Shown: positions 1 to 11,059 of the stretch, one piece after another | How positions within the stretch are numbered: the first letter of the stretch is position 1 | How the letters are laid out: every line of letters begins with the position of its first letter | Source of the DNA: Macrostomum lignano | Lineage: Eukaryota | DNA length: 64,000 bases | Reading direction: 5' to 3' | Assembly (NCBI GenBank): GCA_002269645.1 | Contig: NIVC01001805.1 | Coordinates: 137,906 to 201,905 of the forward strand | Position numbers and translations under genes: made by a program | The notes under the pieces: generated by a model | Databases searched by the model: none | Told to the model about the DNA's origin: nothing | Seen by the model: the letters and a program-made list of their open reading frames with translations, nothing else

Positions 1-3000
1 AGAATCGCCCCAATAAACTTTCATAACCAGCAGCCTAGAAGAATAGCCCCCCCCCAATGAGCTTTCATAACCAGCAGCCTAGAAGAATCGCCCCCAATGA
101 GCTTTCATAACCAGCAGCCTAGAATAATCGCCCCCCCAATGAGCTTTCATAACCAGCAGCCTAGAAGAATCGCCCCCCCCCAATGAGCTTTCATAACCAG
201 CAGCCTAGAAGAATCGCCCCCCCCCAATGAGCTTTCATAACCAGCAGCCTAGAAGAATCGCCCCCCCCCATATGAGCTTTCATAACCAGCAGCCTAGAAG
301 AATCGCCCCCCCCCCCAATGAGCTTTCATAACCAGCAGCCTAGAAGAATCGCCCCCCCCCAATGAGCTTTCATAACCAGCAGCCTAGAAGAATCGCCCCA
401 ATAAACTTTCATAACCAGCAGCCTAGAAGAATCGCCACCCCCCCCCCCAATGAGCTTTCATAACCAGCAGCCTAGAAGAATCGCCCCCAATGAGCTTTCA
501 TAACCAGCAGCCTAGAAGAATCGCCCCCAATGAGCTTTCATAACCAGCAGCCTAGAAGAATCGCCCCCCCCCAATGAGCTTTCATAACCAGCAGCCTAGA
601 AGAATCGCCCCCCCCCAATGAGCTTTCATAACCAGCAGCCTAGAAGAATCGCCCCCCCCCCCCAATGAGCTTTCATAACCAGCAGCCTAGAAGAATCGCC
701 CCAATAAACTTTCATAACCAGCAGCCTAGAAGAATCGCCCCCCCCCCCCAATGAGCTTTCATAACCAGCAGCCTAGAAGAATCGCCCCCCCCCAATGAGC
801 TTTCATAACCAGCAGCCTAGAAGAATCGCCCCCCCCCCAATGAGCTTTCATAACCAGCAGCCTAGAAGAATCGCCCCCCCCCAATGAGCTTTCATAACCA
901 GCAGCCTAGAAGAATCGCCCCCCCAATGAGATTTCATAACCAGCAGCCTAGAAGAATCGCCCCAATAAACTTTCATAACCAGCAGCCTAGAAGAATCGCC
1001 CCAATAAACTTTCATAACCAGCAGCCTAGAAGAATCGCCCCCCCCCAATGAGCTTTCATAACCAGCAGCCTAGAAGAATCGCCCCCCCAATGAGCTTTCA
1101 TAACCAGCAGCCTAGAAGAATCGCCCCCCCCAATGAGCTTTCATAACCAGCAGCCTAGAAGAATCGCCCCCCCCCAATGAGCTTTCATAACCAGCAGCCT
1201 AGAAGAATCGCCCCCCCCAATGAGCTTTCATAACCAGCAGCCTAGAAGAATCTTCCCCCCCCAATGAGCTTTCATAACCAGCAGCCTAGAAGAATCGCCC
1301 CCCAATGAGCTTTCATAACCAGCAGCCTAGAAGAATCGCCCCCAATGAACTCCCATAACCAGCAGCCTAGAAGAATCGCCCCCCCCCCAATGAGCTTTCA
1401 TAACCAGCAGCCTAGAAGAATCGCCCCCCCAATGAGCTTTCATAACCAGCAGCCTAGAAGAATCGCCCCCCCCCCAATGAGCTTTCATAACCAGCAGCCT
1501 AGAAGAATCGCCCCCCAATGAGCTTTCATAACCAGCAGCCTAGAAGAATCGCCCCCAATGAGCTTTCATAACCAGCAGCCTAGAAGAATCGCCCCCCCCC
1601 AATGAGCTTTCATAACCAGCAGCCTAGAAGAATCGCCCCCCCCCCAATGAGCTTTCATAACCAGCAGCCTAGAAGAATCGCCCCCCCCAATGAGCTTTCA
1701 TAACCAGCAGCCTAGAAGAATCGCCCCAATAAACTTTCATAACCAGCAGCCTAGAAGAATCGCCCCCCCCAATGAGCTTTCATAACCAGCAGCCTAGAAG
1801 AATCGCCCCCCCCCCCAATGAGCTTTCATAACCAGCAGCCTAGAAGAATCGCCCCCCCAATGAGCTTTCATAACCAGCAGCCTAGAAGAATCGCCCCCCC
1901 CCCAATGAGCTTTCATAACCAGCAGCCTAGAAGAATCGCCCCCCCAATGAGATTTCATAACCAGCAGCCTAGAAGAATCGCCCCAATAAACTTTCATAAC
2001 CAGCAGCCTAGAAGAATCGCCCCAATAAACTTTCATAACCAGCAGCCTAGAAGAATCGCCCCCCCCAATGAGCTTTCATAACCAGCAGCCTAGAAGAATC
2101 GCCCCCCCCCAATGAGCTTTCATAACCAGCAGCCTAGAAGAATCGCCCCCCCCCCCAATGAGCTTTCATAACCAGCAGCCTAGAAGAATCGCCCCAATAA
2201 ACTTTCATAACCAGCAGCCTAGAAGAATCGCCACCCCCCCCCCAATGAGCTTTCATAACCAGCAGCCTAGAAGAATCGCCCCCCCCCAATGAGCTTTCAT
2301 AACCAGCAGCCTAGAAGAATCGCCCCCCCCCCAATGAGCTTTCATAACCAGCAGCCTAGAAGAATCGCCCCCCCCCCAATGAGCTTTCATAACCAGCAGC
2401 CTAGAAGAATCGCCCCCCCCCCAATGAGCTTTCATAACCAGCAGCCTAGAAGAATCGCCCCCCCCCAATGAGCTTTCATAACCAGCAGCCTAGAAGAATC
2501 GCCCCCCCCAATGAGCTTTCATAACCAGCAGCCTAGAAGAATCGCCCCCCCCCAATGAGCTTTCATAACCAGCAGCCTAGAAGAATCGCCCCCCCCCAAT
2601 GAGCTTTCATAACCAGCAGCCTAGAAGAATCGCCCCCCCCCAATGAGCTTTCATAACCAGCAGCCTAGAAGAATCGCCCCCCCCAATGAGCTTTCATAAC
2701 CAGCAGCCTAGAAGAATCGCCCCCCCAATGAGCTTTCATAACCAGCAGCCTAGAAGAATCGCCCCCAATGAGCTTTCATAACCAGCAGCCTAGAAGAATC
2801 GCCCCCCCCCAATGAGCTTTCATAACCAGCAGCCTAGAAGAATCGCCCCCCCCCAATGAGCTTTCATAACCAGCAGCCTAGAAGAATCGCCCCCCCCCAA
2901 TGAGCTTTCATAACCAGCAGCCTAGAAGAATCGCCCCCCCAATGAGCTTTCATAACCAGCAGCCTAGAAGAATCGCCCCCAATGAGCTTTCATAACCAGC

Positions 3001-5910
3001 AGCCTAGAAGAATCGCCCCCCCCAATGAGCTTTCATAACCAGCAGCCTAGAAGAATCGCCCCCCCCAATGAGCTTTCATAACCAGCAGCCTAGAAGAATC
3101 GCCCCCCCCCAATGAGCTTTCATAACCAGCAGCCTAGAAGAATCGCCCCAATAAACTTTCATAACCAGCAGCCTAGAAGAATCGCCCCCCCCCAATGAGC
3201 TTTCATAACCAGCAGCCTAGAAGAATCGCCCCCCCCAATGAGCTTTCATAACCAGCAGCCTAGAAGAATCGCCCCCCCCCCAATGAGCTTTCATAACCAG
3301 CAGCCTAGAAGAATCGCCCCCCCCAATGAGCTTTCATAACCAGCAGCCTAGAAGAATCGCCCCCCCAATGAGATTTCATAACCAGCAGCCTAGAAGAATC
3401 GCCCCAATAAACTTTCATAACCAGCAGCCTAGAAGAATCGCCCCAATAAACTTTCATAACCAGCAGCCTAGAAGAATCGCCCCCCCCAATGAGCTTTCAT
3501 AACCAGCAGCCTAGAAGAATCGCCCCCCCCAATGAGCTTTCATAACCAGCAGCCTAGAAGAATCGCCCCCCCCAATGAGCTTTCATAACCAGCAGCCTAG
3601 AAGAATCGCCCCAATAAACTTTCATAACCAGCAGCCTAGAAGAATCGCCCCCCCCCCCCAATGAGCTTTCATAACCAGCAGCCTAGAAGAATCGCCCCCC
3701 CCAATGAGCTTTCATAACCAGCAGCCTAGAAGAATCGCCCCCCCCCCAATGAGCTTTCATAACCAGCAGCCTAGAAGAATCGCCCCCCCCAATGAGCTTT
3801 CATAACCAGCAGCCTAGAAGAATCGCCCCCCCCCAATGAGCTTTCATAACCAGCAGCCTAGAAGAATCGCCCCCCCCCAATGAGCTTTCATAACCAGCAG
3901 CCTAGAAGAATCGCCCCCCCCCAATGAGCTTTCATAACCAGCAGCCTAGAAGAATCGCCCCCCCCCAATGAGCTTTCATAACCAGCAGCCTAGAAGAATC
4001 GCCCCCCCCCCAATGAGCTTTCATAACCAGCAGCCTAGAAGAATCGCCCCCCCCCCAATGAGCTTTCATAACCAGCAGCCTAGAAGAATCGCCCCCCCCA
4101 ATGAGCTTTCATAACCAGCAGCCTAGAAGAATCGCCCCCCCAATGAGCTTTCATAACCAGCAGCCTAGAAGAATCGCCCCCAATGAACTCATAACCAGCA
4201 GCCTAGAAGAATCGCCCCCCCCCAATGAGCTTTCATAACCAGCAGCCTAGAAGAATCGCCCCCCCCCAATGAGCTTTCATAACCAGCAGCCTAGAAGAAT
4301 CGCCCCCCCCCAATGAGCTTTCATAACCAGCAGCCTAGAAGAATCGCCCCCCCAATGAGCTTTCATAACCAGCAGCCTAGAAGAATCGCCCCCAATGAGC
4401 TTTCATAACCAGCAGCCTAGAAGAATCGCCCCCCCCCCAATGAGCTTTCATAACCAGCAGCCTAGAAGAATCGCCCCCCCCAATGAGCTTTCATAACCAG
4501 CAGCCTAGAAGAATCGCCCCCCCCCAATGAGCTTTCATAACCAGCAGCCTAGAAGAATCGCCCCAATAGCTTTCATAACCAGCAGCCTAGAAGAATCGCC
4601 CCCCCCAATGAGCTTTCATAACCAGCAGCCTAGAAGAATCGCCCCCCCCAATGAGCTTTCATAACCAGCAGCCTAGAAGAATCGCCCCCCCCCAATGAGC
4701 TTTCATAACCAGCAGCCTAGAAGAATCGCCCCCCCCAATGAGCTTTCATAACCAGCAGCCTAGAAGAATCGCCCCCCCAATGAGATTTCATAACCAGCAG
4801 CCTAGAAGAATCGCCCCAATAGCTTTCATAACCAGCAGCCTAGAAGAATCGCCCCAATAAACTTTCATAACCAGCAGCCTAGAAGAATCGCCCCCCCCCA
4901 ATGAGCTTTCATAACCAGCAGCCTAGAAGAATCGCCCCCCCCCCCAATGAGCTTTCATAACCAGCAGCCTAGAAGAATCGCCCCCCCCAATGAGCTTTCA
5001 TAACCAGCAGCCTAGAAGAATCGCCCCAATAGCTTTCATAACCAGCAGCCTAGAAGAATCGCCCCCCCCCCAATGAGCTTTCATAACCAGCAGCCTAGAA
5101 GAATCGCCCCCCCCAATGAGCTTTCATAACCAGCAGCCTAGAAGAATCGCCCCCCCCCAATGAGCTTTCATAACCAGCAGCCTAGAAGAATCGCCCCCCC
5201 CCAATGAGCTTTCATAACCAGCAGCCTAGAAGAATCGCCCCCCCCCAATGAGCTTTCATAACCAGCAGCCTAGAAGAATCGCCCCCCCCCAATGAGCTTT
5301 CATAACCAGCAGCCTAGAAGAATCGCCCCAATGAGCTTTCATAACCAGCAGCCTAGAAGAATCGCCCCCCCCCAATGAGCTTTCATAACCAGCAGCCTAG
5401 AAGAATCGCCCCCCCCAATGAGCTTTCATAACCAGCAGCCTAGAAGAATCGCCCCCCCCCCCAATGAGCTTTCATAACCAGCAGCCTAGAAGAATCGCCC
5501 CCCCCCAATGAGCTTTCATAACCAGCAGCCTAGAAGAATCGCCCCCCCCCAATGAGCTTTCATAACCAGCAGCCTAGAAGAATCGCCCCCCCCCCAATGA
5601 GCTTTCATAACCAGCAGCCTAGAAGAATCGCCCCCCCCCAATGAGCTTTCATAACCAGCAGCCTAGAAGAATCGCCCCCCCAATGAGCTTTCATAACCAG
5701 CAGCCTAGAAGAATCGCCCCCCCCAATGAGCTTTCATAACCAGCAGCCTAGAAGAATCGCCCCCCCCAATGAGCTTTCATAACCAGCAGCCTAGAAGAAT
5801 CGCCCCCCCCAATGAGCTTTCATAACCAGCAGCCTAGAAGAATCGCCCCCCCCCCAATGAGCTTTCATAACCAGCAGCCTAGAAGAATCGCCCCCAATGA
5901 ACTCCCATAA
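1..5910. repeat. Intronic satellite: 35 bp core AATGAGCTTTCATAACCAGCAGCCTAGAAGAATCG plus a variable C tract (about 4-12), ~135 copies, open at the window start
   Basis: The core repeats without interruption up to the acceptor CCTTCCAG at 5911-5918. Variant units (AATAAACTTTC, AATGAGATTTC, AATGAACTCCC) recur within the array. Confidence 0.98.
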
Positions 5911-5918
5911 CCTTCCAG

Positions 5919-6380
5919 GTGAACGTGACCATGCTGGGCTCCGCAGTGGACGGGCACCCCAACCTCATGCAGATCATGTTCCCCCAGGGCAGCAGGACCC
6001 GCAGTCTCTATGTGTACACGACGAGGACCAGGAGATCATCAACTGGTACAACGCGGTCCGCGGCTGCAAGTACTATCGCTATCAGATGTCGCTGCTGTCA
6101 GCTGACGAGCTGCGCCAGCTGACTCCTCACCTACGACTTCATCATCTGCGACTGGCTGTGCAAGACCGGGCCGAACCAGACGGAGGCCTGGAAACGGCGC
6201 TGGTGCTTCTGCTGCGCCGGTCGATCTTCTACTTCACCAACTTTATGGAGCCGCTGGCTAAAGGCGAAATCTGGCTGGGCGAGCGCCCGGATTCTCCGTG
6301 GAGTCCGGGGCGCCGGCCAACTTCAAGAAGAAGCCGGTTGGCCACATCTTCACGCTTCCCTAGCAACCGAGTCTTTGGCG
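5919..6380 (+). CDS. ADAP1: 3' exon of an ArfGAP with dual PH domains (ADAP/centaurin-alpha); several frameshifts; homology stops abruptly near 6380
   Basis: Acceptor ttccag|GTG at 5919. Joining frames gives VNVTMLGSAVDGHPNLMQIMFPQGSRTRSLYVY/HDEDQEIINWYNAVRGCKY.../TYDFIICDWLCKTGPNQTEAWKRRWC/LLRRSIFYFTNFMEPLAKGEIWLG/GFSVESG.../NRVF. This parallels the ADAP1 PH1-PH2 sequence (GHPHGLQ, EIVDWFNALR, KTGPKQTEGFRKRWF, AFARGEVFIG, TPDRKF). It could be either a pseudogene or an error-containing assembly. Confidence 0.8.
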
Positions 6381-8349
6381 AAAAAAAATTGACACCCCGA
6401 CAGCGAACTCGACGCCCCAAATAGTCCCTGGCAGTTTAGCCGCCTACCGTATAAAATTCCCCTGTGTTGGCCGCAGGCCGTATGGAAAATAGCTTATTAA
6501 TTAATAATTAGTAATCATGCTTCACTTTGCTATTTGATAAGTCTTCGCACTACTAATTTGACTCGATTATTAAATTTTAAGCAAAGCAACTGGTTTTTAT
6601 ATGTTGAATAGCTAATTAATTAGTTTCCTCATTAACTGCAGCGCTATAATCAGCAGGTTAGATCTAAGTGCTTCCACACCGCAGGCTTCTGTCTATACAT
6701 TTCCTCTCTTTTTAGATGCCTGGACCTACGGGAGGTTTGAAGGAATGATGCCAAAATTTCTATAATTCCTTTTTAACGTTCCCTTTTTCTACAAAACAGT
6801 AACTGTGTTACTAATTCTTGTGTTTACATATATTGTTTTCATATGTGTATTTAAAATACAGTAATTGCTCCCAGAGTTTCACTAAATTCTCCCCAGCTAA
6901 GAGTACATTTCTTATTGGCTGATTTTGTACATTTCTTTAATTTCTGGCCAAAACCAAATCTGCCGTTACTTTGCGGTTCAGTACTGACAGTAGTATAGAA
7001 AGACTATGCGTAGGTTATGCAAGCTAGCTGTGTTTTTTGCATTGTATAAATATGCTTTGACAATTAAATGTTTTATTGCTGACAAACAATATCGGCTAAC
7101 GTACATATTTATTCACAAACGAAGTATGATTTGCTATTCGGCATCCAATCCTAAGAACTGATCTTTTGTCATTTTTATACACTGTTTATTGCGGCTGCCT
7201 TAAAATCGAAATTCTAATTTATTTATAACTTTTATTGCTGACATTACATTTGCCGTGTTGCTTATAGTGCGTGACATTTTTCATATGTAGTTGTGTCTGC
7301 ACCGCTCACTGTTTTTAATTTAAATCAAAAATAAAATCTGCGACTGGTGTGAATTTTCTCTCACTCCGCATTAAACTGGATAAAATATTGCGACTTATGC
7401 GCCGAATCCTTTTTGGTCTTTGCCACCTTGAAATGTATTTTATGAGCATACTTACAAATATTTGTGCATTTTGTTACCATTCCTGTGAGCTACATGCTGC
7501 ACTTAGCTGCTAGCTACCTGTTGCTCGGTATTGACAGTCGTGAACTGAGCTCCAATTTTAAAGTAAATCAACTGTTATTTGACCTGTTAGCCTTCAAAAA
7601 TTAAAATGCCCCTACCTAACCTCATTCTCTCGTATGAGTGCGTATAAGCCAAGGGTATCCGTATACTGTAGTAGTAACCTTCGTCTAAAATTCATTTGCA
7701 AGCTGCATCTAGTCAAGCTAGTCGCATAAGCAATGTTCAATTTTTTAAAAGGATGCATAATCAGCACTATAATTTAAATTTGTTCCACACTTGTCGATAA
7801 GTAGGGATTCTTCGCATTCACACAGGGGCGTAGTAAAGGCATACAGTTGTTCTTAAGTAAACGACAAGTCATGAAACCTCTGGCCAACAGAAATTCAGAA
7901 ATGACTGCACACTCGCTTTGTGACTTTACTAACTTCATTCCCTGGCACTAATGATTATGATCATTTCTCTATGCCATTGAATTCAATTCTCGCGGCCGCG
8001 GCTGACTCGTGATTAAAAATACATGAAGACAATGTTCGGTTTACACTAATTACCGCGCGAATAATATAAATAAAAAATTGATAGGGATTTACAACTTTGC
8101 TCGAAGTATTTTTTAGCTGTTGCTTCAATCTAGTTTAACTTTATTAAACTATTTGATAAGACTTTATTATCAGAGTTAATTACGTTAAAACTGTTGACTG
8201 TCACTAAATGACACTGAGGCACCGATTTAAATTGAAAGATAAGCTAATTTCCTAACTTAAAACGACATAGAGCTGAATTCGTGTTTCACTTTATAAATAT
8301 TTTATTTAGATTGAACCTTAAATCCAATATCCAACTTTTAAGTACAGTT

Positions 8350-10837
8350 ATGAACAGACTTGCTATTCTCACCATCTTCACTGTTTTCGGATTTGTAGCT
8401 GCTGTGAAACCTAAAGTCACTGATAAGGTAAGGGATGAATTGTAAGCAAATGATTGTGCATGGTGGTTGTATTTCCTCTGTTTACGCTAGATGTACGCCA
8501 GACAAACTGTTTGTACGCCATATGTACGCCAGCTAAAGCGTTTGTATGCCAGATGTACGCCAGCTGAAGCATTTGTAGGCCGGAATTTTTCTGGCATATA
8601 CTACATCTTCTGCAATATCGACTACATATAGTTCATTCTTCATTGATTTTTTGTGTGTAGGCTCTGTATTATAAGTATATGATAACTTCTTTTTATATTA
8701 ATTGGAGCCTAATTATTAGAGAAGACTGCAATTTCTGGCAATCCTCTAGTTTTGCACATTTAATTATTTTTTTAGAAAATAGCAACTTTGTTAGGCCTAG
8801 GCCTAGTTATTGCAAGTAAATTTGAACTCCTGCAAGTGCCAGGGTCAGGATTGTATACTGCTGTACGCCAGAACAAAAATTGCTTCCATAGCTCATATAT
8901 GCCAATGTACACCAACAAACTTATTGCACATAAAAGATATGCCAAAATAAAAATTACAAATTATGACCTATATTAACAGCTTGCAAAATTTTAATATTTA
9001 AAAAATTAATATGTTGAAGCAGGTAATTTTTTACTAAACTGTATAGAACTAGCTTATTTTAACTATTTTTGTTTTACTTTTAACTTCTTGAAAAAGTTAA
9101 ACCCAGTTTTTAATTTAGTTTTCTGTTTTTTTATAAGGGGCTAGCTTTTTTGATCAAAATTTAGCTACTATAACTATGTACATGAAGACTATGCCTAATG
9201 TAAACTTAATCATTTTTAATGCTAATTGTGTAGATTGATTAGAACTCAGAACTTTGGTCTCACCTGCTGTCTTGGCAATCTTTATATGCCAAGCTGTATG
9301 CGAAGAAGGCATGCTAGGCCCCTCTGTATGCTAAGTTATATACCAATGCTATAGGCTAAAGTTGAAATCATAATGTACTATTGTATAGATATGAGGGTCA
9401 GTCAAAAAGTCAAAAATCAAAATGATAATTTTGTTCTGGCAAGCATTTTCCTTTAAATAAAAAATTACTTTTCTACATCCCCCTCCATGGTTAAACACTT
9501 CTCCATACGGTGTTGCCATCTCACCAGCCCATTACTGTAGAATGCAGGAGGCTATGCAGCAAGCCACTGTGTAGTGGCCCTCTTAGCCACATTTTTGCCC
9601 TTATACCAGACTCCCTTGATGGCCTCCTTTAACTTTGGGAAGAGGAAGAAGTCTGGAGGAGCCAAATCAAGGGTGTATGGAGGATGCTGAAGGATTTCCC
9701 AGCAAAATTCTTATAGAGCTTTGCAACAGAGCCAGGAAGTGTGGGTTGGTGCATTGTTGTAATGGAAGAGGACTCCCTAGTGTAGCTTGCCAGGTCACTT
9801 TTTGGCCAGTTCTCCGTCAGTTTGTCAGTTCTCTGACAGTTCTCCAACTGTCACCAAATTAACTAGTTCCCTATAAATCTATTTCAAGTCAAAGTAGTCC
9901 CTTTTTATATACCTTTTTGGTTTTCATATCTAATCCTGCTTATTTCAAATAAAAGGTCAAAATTGGAACTTTGTACCATTGCATTGCCTTGCCTATGCCA
10001 TAGGCTAAAATTGAGGGAAAAAATACAAATTATAAAACAACTTGAGTAATTTTATTTTTACTTTAGCCTTTGTCATGGTAAAAGTTATCATTTATAGTTT
10101 CAAGGGAATTAGAGAAGCTGCTTAGCTTCTCACTAAAGTTGCTACTTTGACTAGTGCTTACTACTAAGTGTAACTATTGTATTTTACTAGATATATTAAT
10201 CATAAGCCTAACCTTAGCTTTCCTTTAATGAGCAATGGAGTAATTTTAATATGAAATAATTGAACTATGATTATATTTGTTAATGCACTGTTTTTTTATT
10301 TATACTTGTAAGATTTATATTTTATCTTATTTTTATAAAATTTCTTTTGTTTTGCTCACTTGAAGTTTTGGATTGTTTAATGAAGACAAGTCACTAGCAT
10401 ATCAATAGTTTTATTTTTGCATGATAATCACATAAAAAATTTCACTGATTAAAATCCGGTATCGCTTATACGCTCGTTAGATATGGGGCTGAGACCTCGC
10501 CTCTGGTGCTCTCCCACAGGTGTACTTTGACATCAGCATCGGCGACAAGGATGCCGGCCGCATCGTGATTGGCCTCTTCGGCGAGACTGTCCCGGACACC
10601 GTGCGCAACTTCAAGTCCCTCGCCGAGGGCTTCGAGGCCAAGTCAGGCGAGAAGCTCGCCTACAAGGGCTCCAAGTTCCACCGGGTCATCAAGGACTTCA
10701 TGATCCAGGGCGGCGACTTCACCCGCGGCGACGGCACCGGCGGCAAGTCCATCTACGGTGAGCGATTCCCGGACGAGAACTTCAAGCTGAACCACTACGG
10801 CGCCGGCTGGTGCTCCATGGCCAACGCCGGGCCCGAC

Positions 10838-10869
<32 letters not shown>

Positions 10870-11059
10870 GCGCACCGACTGGCTCAACGGGCGCCACGTG
10901 GTCTTCGGCAAAGTTCTGGAGGGCATGAGCGTTGTCAGGGCCATTGAGAACTCGCAGACGGACGGCCAGGACCGGCCGAAGCAGCCGGTGGTCATCAGAG
11001 ACAGCGGCTCCCTGCCGGTGGACGCCCCCTTCGAAGTGGAGGCCGCGCCCGCCAGCTAA
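8350..11059 (+). CDS. PPIB: Cyclophilin B (ER peptidyl-prolyl cis-trans isomerase), 2 exons: 8350-8427 and 10520-11059, 205 aa
   Basis: Exon 1 encodes a signal peptide plus KPKVTDK ([26 protein letters not shown]) and ends at donor AAG|gtaagg. Exon 2 starts at acceptor cccacag|GTG in phase 0 and carries [42 protein letters not shown] and [17 protein letters not shown] at 11255-11260. Confidence 0.96.
9386..9870 (-). mobile_element. Mariner transposase relic (3' part) in the PPIB intron
   Basis: The minus strand reads [27 protein letters not shown]...[16 protein letters not shown], which matches the mariner HPPYSPDLAPxD motif and C-terminus. A TIR-like TATGAGGGTCAGTCAAAAAG lies at about 9391. 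Confidence 0.8.

Noticed and set aside
1-5910. CRISPR-like array
   Set aside because: The units are separated only by variable C runs, not unique spacers. There are no cas genes and the context is a spliced eukaryotic locus.
6640-6770. Terminal ADAP exon (ttttag|ATGCCTGGACC...TAA)
   Set aside because: The translation shows no similarity to the ADAP C-terminus and there is no matching upstream donor.
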